Of a stretch of DNA of 64,000 nucleotides, positions 40,572-50,231 are shown piece after piece. A model generated the notes under the pieces. The model worked only from the letters and a program-made list of their open reading frames with translations. It had not been told where the DNA came from and searched no databases. The position numbers were made by a program, and so were the translations under genes. The stretch covers positions 11,154 through 75,153 of the forward strand of contig JAFSVH010000057.1 in assembly GCA_017450215.1 (NCBI GenBank), read 5' to 3'. Source of the DNA: Bacilli bacterium. GTDB taxonomy: Bacteria > Bacillota_I > Bacilli_A > ML615J-28 > CAG-698. How positions within the stretch are numbered: the stretch's first letter is position 1; every line of letters starts with the position of its first letter.

Positions 40572-40703
40572 TTTGATTTTTATTCGTAATTTTATTCATT
40601 AACGAAAAATCGCTCATCAGGTTGATAATTTCCTTTAAAATTATCAAATTCATAAAAAAATAATAAAAAGTAAAAAAATTATTAAGGAGACGAAAATTAT
40701 TTT

Positions 40704-41924
40704 ATGAAAAAAATCTTTGTATTTATTTTTGCTATTATTTGTTCATTGACTTTAGTATTTGCAACTGGTTGTGATGGCTTTGGTGAGGTTAAATTTGATC
40801 CTGTTAATAAAGAAGATGTTAAGATTGGTATGATTTGTTTACATGACCTTAACTCTACTTATGATGCTAACTTCATTTATTCTATGTATAATGCATTAGA
40901 TAATTTAGGTATGAGTAGAGATCAACTTAAGTTATTTACTGGTATTGATGAAAGTGAAGATTGCTATAATAAAGCTGTTGAATTAGCTCAATCTTGTAAT
41001 GTTGTATTTGCAGATTCATTTGGTCATGAAGATTTCATGATTCAAGCTGCTAAAGAATATAAGAATGTTAGATTCTGCCATGCTACTGGTGAAAAAGCTC
41101 ACTTAGTTAATTTAAATAATTTCTCAAATGCATTCGCATCAATTTATCAAGGTAGATTCCTTGCTGGTGTTGCTGCTGGAATGAAGTTACAAGAAATGAA
41201 TAAAGATAAAGCAGCAGAAGAACAAAATTGGAAGATTGGTTATGTTGGTGCTTACCCATATGCTGAAGTTGTATCTGGTTATACATCTTTCTATCTTGGT
41301 GCTAAATATGTTGCTCCAGAAGTTACAATGGAAGTTAGATATACATCTAGCTGGTTTGATTTCGCAAAAGAACAAGCTGCATGTAATGCTTTAATTGCTA
41401 ATGGTTGTGCTTTAATTAGTCAACATGCTGACTCAATGGGTGCTCCTGAAGCATGTGAAACTAAAAAGGTTCCAAATGTAACTTATAATGGAAGTACAGC
41501 TAGTGCTTGCCCTGAAACATATATCGTTTCTAGTAAAATCGATTGGGCTCCTTATTTTGAATATATGATTAATTGTGTAATTAGTGGTGAAAAGATTGCT
41601 ACTGACTGGGTTGGAACTATTGAAACTGGTTCAGTTAAATTAGATTCACTTGGAAAAAATGCTGCTAGTGGTACAGATGAAAAGATTGAAGAAGTAAAAG
41701 CTAAGTTAGTTAATGGTACTTTACATGTATTCGACCTTTCTACATTCACTGTAGGTGGAGTAACATTAAATTCTGTTATGGCTAATGTTGACTTCGATGA
41801 AGCTTATACTCCAGATCATGAAGCTGTAAAGGACGGATATTTTGATGAATCAGCTTTACGTTCTGCTCCATATTTCGAATTAAGAATTGATGGAATTACA
41901 GAAATATCTGATAAAGCTAATTAA
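40704..41924 (+). CDS. BMP-family (PnrA-like) nucleoside-binding lipoprotein of an ABC transporter
   Basis: Lipobox FATGCDG and the BMP family pattern GYVGAYPYAEVVSGYTSFYLGAKY. Confidence 0.75.
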   Translation: MKKIFVFIFAIICSLTLVFATGCDGFGEVKFDPVNKEDVKIGMICLHDLNSTYDANFIYSMYNALDNLGMSRDQLKLFTGIDESEDCYNKAVELAQSCNVVFADSFGHEDFMIQAAKEYKNVRFCHATGEKAHLVNLNNFSNAFASIYQGRFLAGVAAGMKLQEMNKDKAAEEQNWKIGYVGAYPYAEVVSGYTSFYLGAKYVAPEVTMEVRYTSSWFDFAKEQAACNALIANGCALISQHADSMGAPEACETKKVPNVTYNGSTASACPETYIVSSKIDWAPYFEYMINCVISGEKIATDWVGTIETGSVKLDSLGKNAASGTDEKIEEVKAKLVNGTLHVFDLSTFTVGGVTLNSVMANVDFDEAYTPDHEAVKDGYFDESALRSAPYFELRIDGITEISDKAN

Positions 41925-42008
41925 TATTTGTAATTATTGATTAAGTAAATAAAAATAAATAGGGCGGGACTAAACCCGTCTTATTTGCATTTTATAAAGG
42001 AGGCCTAA

Positions 42009-43619
42009 ATGACAGAAAATGTTAATAGAGAAAAAGCCATTGAACTTGTAAATATTACTAAGCATTTTAAAGGTGTTTATGCTAATAAAAATATTAATAT
42101 TTCTCTTTATAAAGGAGAAATTCTTGCCATTTTAGGTGAAAACGGAAGTGGTAAGACAACCTTGATGAATATGCTTGCTGGGATTTATCAACCTGAAGAA
42201 GGAGAAATTTATGTTAACGGAAACTTAGCATCAATATCTTCTCCTAATGATTCATTTAATTATGGTATTGGTATGGTTCATCAACATTATAAATTAGTTG
42301 ATATTTTTACAGCTGAAGAAAATATTTTACTTGGATTTAGAAAAGAATCTAAAAGTGAAGTAATTGCTAGAGTTAATGATATTGTTAATAAATATGGTTT
42401 CAAAATTAATTTAAAGAAGAAGATTCACAATATGTCTATTTCTGAAAAACAAACTATTGAAATTGTAAAAGTATTGGTAAGAAATGTTAACATATTAATT
42501 CTAGATGAACCTACTGCTGTTTTAACTCCACAAGAAACTGATGTATTATTTGATGTATTAAGAAAGATGCGTAATGATGGTAAATCTATCATTATCATTA
42601 CTCATAAATTAAATGAAGTTATGGCAATATCAGATCGGGTAGCTATATTGAGAAAAGGTGAATATATTACTTCTTTTGAAACTGCTAAAACTAATGAAAG
42701 AGAGCTTACTGATTATATGGTTGGTAAGAAGGTTGATTTGAAGCTTGAAAGACTTAAGATTTTAGCTAGTCCTCCAGTATTAGAAATAAGACAACTTAAT
42801 ATTATGAAGGATGATGGAACAGTTGCAATTGAGAATTTGGATTTCTTTTTAAGAGGAGGACAAATCTTAGGTGTTGCTGGTATTGCTGGTTGTGGTCAAA
42901 AAGAGATGTGTGAAGCTTTGGTTGGCCTAAGACCTTATAAAGGTTATATTACGCACAATGGTAAAAGCATTGTTGGTTATAGCCCTGAACAAATAAGAAA
43001 TTTAGGCATTTATATGAGTTTTATTCCAGAAGATAGATTAGGTATTGGTCTTGCACCAAGCTTGTCTATTACTGATAATATGATGCTTAAAGATTATAAA
43101 GATAATAAAGGTATATTTGTTGATAGAGAAAAGGCAAGAGCTAAAGCTGAGAATTTGATTGAACGTTATAATGTTGTTACTCCATCAACAGAAACTCCAG
43201 TAAAGAATTTATCTGGTGGTAATGTACAAAAGATTTTAGTTGGTCGTGAAATAGGACTTAATCCTAATGTATTGATTACTGCTTATCCTGTAAGAGGTCT
43301 TGATATTAATTCATCATATATGATTTATGATATTTTGAATCAAGAAAAAGCTAAAAATACAGCTATATTATTTATAGGTGAAGATTTAGATGTTTTGATG
43401 ACTTTTTGTGATAAAATCATGGTATTATGCCATGGTAAGAATATGGGAGTTGTTCATACAAAGAATACTACAAAAGAAGAAATAGGTCTTATGATGACTG
43501 GCTCTAAGGATTTATCAATTGAACTTGGTAAGACTTATGGTATAGCTAGTGATAGCTTATTATCAGAAGAAGAATGGAATGTGTTAATGGGTAAGGAGGT
43601 TATAGATAATGGAAAATAA
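42009..43619 (+). CDS. Nucleoside/sugar ABC transporter ATP-binding protein with tandem NBDs
   Basis: Two Walker A sites (GENGSGKTT and GIAGCGQKEM) and two signature-like regions. Confidence 0.8.
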   Translation: MTENVNREKAIELVNITKHFKGVYANKNINISLYKGEILAILGENGSGKTTLMNMLAGIYQPEEGEIYVNGNLASISSPNDSFNYGIGMVHQHYKLVDIFTAEENILLGFRKESKSEVIARVNDIVNKYGFKINLKKKIHNMSISEKQTIEIVKVLVRNVNILILDEPTAVLTPQETDVLFDVLRKMRNDGKSIIIITHKLNEVMAISDRVAILRKGEYITSFETAKTNERELTDYMVGKKVDLKLERLKILASPPVLEIRQLNIMKDDGTVAIENLDFFLRGGQILGVAGIAGCGQKEMCEALVGLRPYKGYITHNGKSIVGYSPEQIRNLGIYMSFIPEDRLGIGLAPSLSITDNMMLKDYKDNKGIFVDREKARAKAENLIERYNVVTPSTETPVKNLSGGNVQKILVGREIGLNPNVLITAYPVRGLDINSSYMIYDILNQEKAKNTAILFIGEDLDVLMTFCDKIMVLCHGKNMGVVHTKNTTKEEIGLMMTGSKDLSIELGKTYGIASDSLLSEEEWNVLMGKEVIDNGK

Positions 43620-44736
43620 TATAACTTCTATAAAAAGACATGAACCATTATTTAAAATATTTAAAAGAAATGATATGCCTAAATGGAAAGCATTGCTTAT
43701 TAGAGTTTGTGCTACCCTTGGTGCTATTATTTTTTCAATGATTCTTGCATCTATTATCATTGGAAAAAATCCATTTGAAATTTTTGGTACAATGGTTAGT
43801 GGTGCCTTTGATCTTCCTTGGAGATTAATTTATGATGGTGTCGTTTTATTAGGTTTTGGTATTGCTATAGTTCCAGCTTTCAAGATGAGATTTTGGAATA
43901 TGGGTGCTAATGGTCAAGTGCTAGTTGGTTGCCTTGCTGCTTGTCTTGTCATGTTTTATTTTGGCAATAAAATGAACAATGTCATTTTAATAATTATAAT
44001 GTTTATAGTTTCTTTGATTGCAAGCATCATTTGGGCAGTAGTTCCTGCTATATTTAAAGCTTTCTTTAATACTAATGAAACGTTATTCACTTTGATGATG
44101 AATTATATTGCTATTGGTTTAGTTGCTTATTGTAATTTTGTGATGGCTAAAGGAATGAGAGAAACTCCTGGTATCATTAATAATCTTACTGAAAAGGGTT
44201 GGATTACTTTTCATTTCCTTCCTCCAACTATAAAATCATATATTTTACCAATTATTGTAATTATTTTAATTACTGTATTCATCTATATTTATATTACAAA
44301 GACTAAGCAAGGGTTTGAAGTCAGTGTTCTAGGTGATAGTGAAAAAACAGCTCGTTATGCTGGAATGAATACAAAATGGATTATGATAAGAACTTTAATA
44401 ATTAGTGGTATTATTTGTGGAATAATAGGATTCTTATTTGCTACTTGTGTTCATCATTGTGTTACTGTTAACCTTTGTGGTGGTAAAGGATTTAGTGGTA
44501 TATTAATTGCTTGGCTTTCTAATTTTAATCCTTTAATTATGGCTGGTGTAAGTTTATTTATGTCATTTATTGATAATGGTACATCTAGTGTTACTGCCAC
44601 TTATAGTTTAGGTAGTAATGCATTATCAAGTGTTATCATAGGTTTAATCTTCTTTGCTATTCTTATTAGTGAATTCTTTATTAGATATCGTGTTGTAAGA
44701 AGACAAAGAACAACAAAGGAGGCAAAAGAATGTTAG
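43609..44736 (+). CDS. ABC transporter permease (BPD_transp_2)
   Basis: Polytopic membrane protein that overlaps the upstream gene. Confidence 0.75.
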   Translation: MENNITSIKRHEPLFKIFKRNDMPKWKALLIRVCATLGAIIFSMILASIIIGKNPFEIFGTMVSGAFDLPWRLIYDGVVLLGFGIAIVPAFKMRFWNMGANGQVLVGCLAACLVMFYFGNKMNNVILIIIMFIVSLIASIIWAVVPAIFKAFFNTNETLFTLMMNYIAIGLVAYCNFVMAKGMRETPGIINNLTEKGWITFHFLPPTIKSYILPIIVIILITVFIYIYITKTKQGFEVSVLGDSEKTARYAGMNTKWIMIRTLIISGIICGIIGFLFATCVHHCVTVNLCGGKGFSGILIAWLSNFNPLIMAGVSLFMSFIDNGTSSVTATYSLGSNALSSVIIGLIFFAILISEFFIRYRVVRRQRTTKEAKEC

Positions 44737-45683
44737 TTTCATTAATAACTAATTCTGTTGCTATGGCTATAGTATTCCTATTTGGATGTTTAGGAGAAAC
44801 TATAACTGAACGTGTTGGTAATTTGAATCTTGGTATTCCAGGCATTATGTGCTTAGGTGCTTTAGGTGGAGTTATAGGTGTTGATTTAACATATATTATC
44901 TTTAATAATCCTGGATGGTTTGCTTTGATGTTTGATGCAATTTTCTTTTCTGCATTATTTGCTTGTATTGGTGGTGCAATTTATGCATTTCTAACTGTAT
45001 CTTTACAAGCTAATCAAAATGTAACAGGTTTAGTACTTACTACTTTTGGTGTAGGTTTAATGAAATTTATTGGTACTAATTTAAATAGTCCTAATTTATC
45101 TGCTGCTAGTAAGATTATGAAATCATTGTTTAATGTTGGTGATAAGCTTGGTTGGTTTGGTCGAATATTCTTGAATTATGGCTTTCTAGTTTATTTTGCT
45201 ATCATCCTTGCAATTTTTGCTTCAATCTTTATCAAGAGAACAAGAATTGGCTTATTCTTAAGAGCAGTTGGTGAATCTCCTAAGACAGCAGACGCCCAAG
45301 GAATAAGTATTACTAAATATAAATATACCTTCATATTGATTGGTAGTGCTATTGCAGGACTTGGTGGAATGTATTATGTTATGGATTACAGTGGAGGTAC
45401 TACTTTTACTGATGGTCCAATTGAGGCTTTTGGTTGGCTTGCAGTTGCTTTAGTTATATTCTCAGTATGGAAACCTACAATGGGAATATTAGGAGCATTT
45501 TGCTTTGGTTTATTATATATATTGCCAATGTATATCAATATTAATCCAATTCAATTAAAGTTTTTTGACATTTTCCCTTATCTTACAACTGTAATTGTAC
45601 TTATATTTACAAGCATCTTTGGTGGTAAGAGTATTCAACCACCTGGAAGTTTAGGTGTTAATTATTATCGTGAAGATAGATAA
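44730..45683 (+). CDS. ABC transporter permease (BPD_transp_2), second subunit
   Basis: Polytopic membrane protein that overlaps the upstream gene by 7 nt. Confidence 0.75.
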   Translation: MLVSLITNSVAMAIVFLFGCLGETITERVGNLNLGIPGIMCLGALGGVIGVDLTYIIFNNPGWFALMFDAIFFSALFACIGGAIYAFLTVSLQANQNVTGLVLTTFGVGLMKFIGTNLNSPNLSAASKIMKSLFNVGDKLGWFGRIFLNYGFLVYFAIILAIFASIFIKRTRIGLFLRAVGESPKTADAQGISITKYKYTFILIGSAIAGLGGMYYVMDYSGGTTFTDGPIEAFGWLAVALVIFSVWKPTMGILGAFCFGLLYILPMYININPIQLKFFDIFPYLTTVIVLIFTSIFGGKSIQPPGSLGVNYYREDR

Positions 45684-45721
45684 TTATTATTTATAATAAT
45701 TATTATTTATTTTTGAATTAT

Positions 45722-45754
45722 AAAAGACCTATGGTGTTTTTTCATAGGTCTTTT
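45722..45754 (+). terminator. Rho-independent terminator
   Basis: AAAAGACCTATG-GTGTTTTTTC-CATAGGTCTTTT. Confidence 0.7.
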
Positions 45755-45843
45755 AATATATATATAATTATAAATATATTTATTCATATTTCTTGCTTAA
45801 TTATTTTTGGCATAGTAAAATATAAAAAATGTGAGGTTTGAAA

Positions 45844-46728
45844 ATGACTAAACCAAAAGTTTTTTTCTCAAAAGATTTATCAAGTGAAGGATTAATTAAA
45901 ATATATAAAGCTTTAAATCCGACTTTAGCAGCTCCTGTTGCGGTTAAGCTACATAGTGGAGAAGAAGGAAATCAAAATTATTTACAACCTGAGTTTTGGA
46001 AAGATTTGATTTATTTGATTGAACAAGAATATAAAGATTATAAAGTTGTTGAATGCAACACGGCTTATGATGGAATGCGTGATACAACTGAAAAACATCT
46101 AAAATTGATTGATAAACATGGTTGGAGTAAATATTTCAATTTTGATTTAATGGATGCAACTGGTTTAGATGATGTTTTGATGATTGAAAATGGTAAGAGA
46201 ATTCATAAGAATTATGTTGGTAAAAACTTAAAAAATTATAATTCGATGATTGTCTTATCTCATTTTAAAGGCCACCCTATGGGAGGCTTTGGTGGAGCCA
46301 TAAAGCAACTTTCTATTGGAGTTGCTTCAAGTCATGGTAAGGCCTATATTCATGGTGCTGGTGATGTTACTAAAATATGGACTCAAGAGCATGATTGGTT
46401 CTTAGAATCAATGGCTGATGCAGCTGGGTCTATTGTGAAGAAATTTGAAGGTAAGATTGCTTTTATTAATGTTATGAAGAATATGAGTGTCGATTGTGAT
46501 TGCTGTAGTGTAGCAGAAGATCCTTGTATGCAAGATATTGGTATCTTAGCATCTTTAGATCCTGTTGCTATAGATAAAGCATGTATTGATTTAGTTTATA
46601 GTAGTAATGATCCTGGAAAAAATCGTTTGATTGAAAGAATTGAAACTAGGAATGGTATTCATACTATTTATGAGGCTTATGAATGTGGATATGGAAATAT
46701 AGAATATGAATTAGAGGAGATTAAATAA
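45844..46728 (+). CDS. DUF362-family protein (putative Fe-S / cofactor-binding)
   Basis: DUF362-like pattern, including a CDCC Cys cluster. A GTGAGG RBS lies 7 nt before the ATG at 45844; the ORF track starts at a TTG at 45838. Confidence 0.5.
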   Translation: MTKPKVFFSKDLSSEGLIKIYKALNPTLAAPVAVKLHSGEEGNQNYLQPEFWKDLIYLIEQEYKDYKVVECNTAYDGMRDTTEKHLKLIDKHGWSKYFNFDLMDATGLDDVLMIENGKRIHKNYVGKNLKNYNSMIVLSHFKGHPMGGFGGAIKQLSIGVASSHGKAYIHGAGDVTKIWTQEHDWFLESMADAAGSIVKKFEGKIAFINVMKNMSVDCDCCSVAEDPCMQDIGILASLDPVAIDKACIDLVYSSNDPGKNRLIERIETRNGIHTIYEAYECGYGNIEYELEEIK

Positions 46729-47321
46729 TGAGAAACAAAATGATTTTAAAAATAGTTTTATCTGGTGCTTTTATTGCTATTGGATGGGTATTACCATTCT
46801 TAACTGGTCAAATTCCTGAATTTGGTAATATGCTACTTCCTATGCATTTACCAGTATTCATTGCAGGCTTTATGCTAGGTCCAATTTATGGCTGTATTGT
46901 AGGCTTGGTTACACCAATTACAAGATCATTAATATTCGGTATGCCTAAATTGTTCCCTGGTGCAGTTGGTATGATGTTTGAACTTGCTGCTTATGGTTTT
47001 ATTTGCGGTTTAATCTTTAATGTAATATTAAAGAATTTTAGAAAGAATAAAGGTCAATTACTTGCTACTACATATATTTCATTGGTTGTTGCAATGCTAG
47101 GTGGTCGTATTATTTGGGGTTTAGCTCGTATGGCATTTACCTTAATTCCTGAACAATCATTTACTTATGCTGCATTTATCAGTGGTGCATTTGTTACTGC
47201 TTGGCCTGGAATATTGATTCAATTAGTTTTGATACCAGCTATTATTTTTGCTTTGAATAAGCAAATGATTATTGATTTTGAAGTCGATGCAAGGGACGAA
47301 ATAGAACAAGAAAATTTGTAA
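46728..47321 (+). CDS. ECF-transporter substrate-specific (S) component, substrate unknown
   Basis: 197 aa with about 5-6 TM helices and a small-S-component pattern (MHLPVFIAGFMLGPIYG). The start overlaps the upstream stop (TAATG). Confidence 0.5.
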   Translation: MRNKMILKIVLSGAFIAIGWVLPFLTGQIPEFGNMLLPMHLPVFIAGFMLGPIYGCIVGLVTPITRSLIFGMPKLFPGAVGMMFELAAYGFICGLIFNVILKNFRKNKGQLLATTYISLVVAMLGGRIIWGLARMAFTLIPEQSFTYAAFISGAFVTAWPGILIQLVLIPAIIFALNKQMIIDFEVDARDEIEQENL

Positions 47322-47358
47322 AAGAAGAAAAAAATTTAAATATAATTATTTAAAATTA

Positions 47359-47401
47359 AGCATGTTTAATTGATAAAATAGCATTTAAACATGCTTTTAT
47401 T
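47359..47401 (+). terminator. Rho-independent terminator
   Basis: AAGCATGTTTAA-loop-TTAAACATGCTT followed by TTAT. Confidence 0.65.
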
Positions 47402-47466
47402 TGGGACAATAAAGAAAATAATGTTATAATATAATAGTATAAATATTAATAAAGAAGGAGTACTAT

Positions 47467-48864
47467 ATGTTTTCTAAATATCTAAAAAAGAAAAAAGAAA
47501 TAGTTAAGAAACTAATTGCTGATTTAGGTGAGAAATATGAATTTGCATCTATCCTTGCAACTGATGTAAAAGGTATGGTTTATGCAGTGGATAAGAGCAG
47601 TACAGTCATTAGACCATCTAGCGTTAGTGAATGTGGCTTTGTATTAAGAGTTAATACAAATGGTTTAATTTATGAATATTCATTTAGTGAACTAACTGAA
47701 AAGAATATTGATGAAGTTAAAAAAGGAATTGAAGAATTAATTAATAAAAAAGCAAGCTCAAAGAAAGTAGATGTTACTTTAAATAAAGAAGAAGAAATAA
47801 AAAAAGATTTTGTTAGAAAGAGCAAAGGAAAGAAATATAGTGATAATGAAATTATCGATAAATTGAAAGAATTAAGAGATTATGGCTTTAGCTTAGATGA
47901 GAGAGTATTAAATTGTCAGGTATCATTTGAAAGTATTGAATATAATAAAATGTATATTTCAAAAAATAAAGAATTAACTCAATTTTATACTTATGATAAT
48001 CCAAGATGTTATTGCTTAGTAAAAGATGGTGATAATATTAAATATGCTTATGATGGCTTTGGTGGTAATAATCCTGATGAAGAATTTGTTCTTTTGAAAG
48101 ATTCTATTAAAGAAACTGTTAATCTTGCTATTGAATTGTTAGGGGCTACTATGCCTACACCTGGAAAATATACAATAATTACTGATCCATCAATTACAGG
48201 TTTAATTGCTCATGAAGCTTTTGGTCATGGTGTTGAGATGGATATGTTTGTAAAAGACAGAGCAAAATCACAAGAATACAAGAACAAAGAAGTTGCTTCA
48301 TCTTTAGTTACTATGCATGATGGAGCTAGTGCTACTTTTTCATCAGCTTCATATTTCTTTGATGATGAAGGAGTGCTTGCTCAAGATACAGTTATTATTG
48401 ATAAAGGTATCTTGATTGGTGGTCTTTGTGATAGTGTAAGTGCTGGAATATTGAAATATCATCCTACTGGAAATGGTAGAAGAGAATCATTTAAACGTAA
48501 AGTATATACTAGAATGACTAATACTTTCTTTGATAAGAACAAAGATAAATTAGAAGGTATGATAGCTTCAACTGAATATGGATATTACATTTGTGCTACA
48601 AACAATGGAATGGAAGATCCTAAGAATTGGGGAATTCAATGTACTGCTCTTTATGGACGTGAAATAGTGAATGGTAAATTTACTGGTAAAATTGTTTCTC
48701 CAGTAGTTATGAGTGGCTATGTTATTGATTTATTAGAATCAATTGAGGCAGTATCCAATACTAAAAAGATAATTGGTAGTGGTGGCTGTGGTAAAGGCTA
48801 TAAAGAATGGGTTAGAGTTAGTGATGGTGGAGCATCTATCAAAGCTACTGTAAAGATAGGCTAG
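47467..48864 (+). CDS. tldD: TldD-family metallopeptidase (peptidase U62)
   Basis: HExxxGH-type motif HEAFGHGVEMD and a C-terminal GGCG motif typical of TldD. Confidence 0.75.
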   Translation: MFSKYLKKKKEIVKKLIADLGEKYEFASILATDVKGMVYAVDKSSTVIRPSSVSECGFVLRVNTNGLIYEYSFSELTEKNIDEVKKGIEELINKKASSKKVDVTLNKEEEIKKDFVRKSKGKKYSDNEIIDKLKELRDYGFSLDERVLNCQVSFESIEYNKMYISKNKELTQFYTYDNPRCYCLVKDGDNIKYAYDGFGGNNPDEEFVLLKDSIKETVNLAIELLGATMPTPGKYTIITDPSITGLIAHEAFGHGVEMDMFVKDRAKSQEYKNKEVASSLVTMHDGASATFSSASYFFDDEGVLAQDTVIIDKGILIGGLCDSVSAGILKYHPTGNGRRESFKRKVYTRMTNTFFDKNKDKLEGMIASTEYGYYICATNNGMEDPKNWGIQCTALYGREIVNGKFTGKIVSPVVMSGYVIDLLESIEAVSNTKKIIGSGGCGKGYKEWVRVSDGGASIKATVKIG

Positions 48865-48873
48865 GTGATAATT

Positions 48874-50211
48874 ATGAATTATAATTTAAATACATTAATA
48901 AAAAGAACTATCAAGGTTTTAAGTCAAAATAAAGAAATAAGTGATTATTCACTTAACATTAATAAGAAAAGCACAACTGAAATGTTTTATGTATTGCAAA
49001 AACTTGAAACATCAAGAATTACTGATACATTTGAAATTTTAATTACAATTTATAAAAAGAATGGAGAAAATCTTGGTCAAGCAAGTTTCATGATTAGTCA
49101 TGATATTAATAAGAAACAAATAGAAGAATTAATTAATCAAGCTTTATATAGTGCTTCTTTTGTTAATAATAAATATTATGATATTGTGAAAGGGGAGAAG
49201 AAGATAAAGAAAATCAAAAAGATTGACAAAGTTTTATCTGTTACTCCATTTGAATTCTTAGAAAAGACTGCTAATGAATTCTTTAATGCTTCATTTGAAA
49301 ATGAATCAGAATCAATTAAATTCAATTCATTAGAATTATTCTTTATTAATAACAATGTTAGAATGATTAATTCTAAAGGTGTTAATTATGAAAAAGAAAC
49401 TAATGAAATCATGATTGAAGCAATTCCTTCATTTACTTCTTTTAAGACAAATTATAAGACAGAATTATATAGAATGTATAGATACAATGATGTAAATGAT
49501 AAATTGATTGAAAGAATCAAAAAAGCAGCAAAGGAAGCAGTTGAAGATTGTAAACTTAGAAGTGAAGCTGTTAGCTTGAATGAAGTAATTAAAGATGATG
49601 AAAAGATAGTTGATGTAGTGCTTCGCGATGAAGATATTTCTAATATGCTAGATGAAATTATTTCATCTTATGATTATCATAGTGTATATACTGAATCTAA
49701 TATGCATAAAGTAGGTGATATGGTTCAAAAAGATGATAGTAAAAATAAGATTACTGTGAAATTAGAAAAAATATCAAAGGAAGATTTCTTCGATGGTGAA
49801 GGTGTATTACTTGATGATGTTACTATAATTGATAAAGGTAAATTAGTTAGCTATTATGGTGGCAATAGATTTGCTTCATATTTAGGATTAAAACCTACAG
49901 GATCACTTCCAGTGATTCATTTAGGCAAAGGTAATAAATCAATTGACAAAATCGAAAAGAAAAATGAAAAGTGGATTGAAGTTATCGATATGAGTGGTAT
50001 TCAAGTTGACTTATATCAAGGATATATCGGTGGTGAAGTTAGACTTGCAAAATATTATGATGGAAAAGAAATAAAAGCAGTAAGTGGCTTCTCTTTTAGT
50101 GGTAATTTAGTTGATGCATTAAATAGTATTGAATTATCAAAAGAAGAAATTGCTATTAGATTCTATCGTGGACCTAAATATGCAAAAATTAAAAATATGG
50201 AACTTAATTAA
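48874..50211 (+). CDS. pmbA: TldE/PmbA-family protein (partner of TldD)
   Basis: Same fold family but lacking the HExxxGH motif. Adjacency to tldD is as in tldD-tldE pairs. The ORF track starts at a GTG at 48865. Confidence 0.6.
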   Translation: MNYNLNTLIKRTIKVLSQNKEISDYSLNINKKSTTEMFYVLQKLETSRITDTFEILITIYKKNGENLGQASFMISHDINKKQIEELINQALYSASFVNNKYYDIVKGEKKIKKIKKIDKVLSVTPFEFLEKTANEFFNASFENESESIKFNSLELFFINNNVRMINSKGVNYEKETNEIMIEAIPSFTSFKTNYKTELYRMYRYNDVNDKLIERIKKAAKEAVEDCKLRSEAVSLNEVIKDDEKIVDVVLRDEDISNMLDEIISSYDYHSVYTESNMHKVGDMVQKDDSKNKITVKLEKISKEDFFDGEGVLLDDVTIIDKGKLVSYYGGNRFASYLGLKPTGSLPVIHLGKGNKSIDKIEKKNEKWIEVIDMSGIQVDLYQGYIGGEVRLAKYYDGKEIKAVSGFSFSGNLVDALNSIELSKEEIAIRFYRGPKYAKIKNMELN

Positions 50212-50231
50212 TTGAGAAAGGAGAATAGAAT

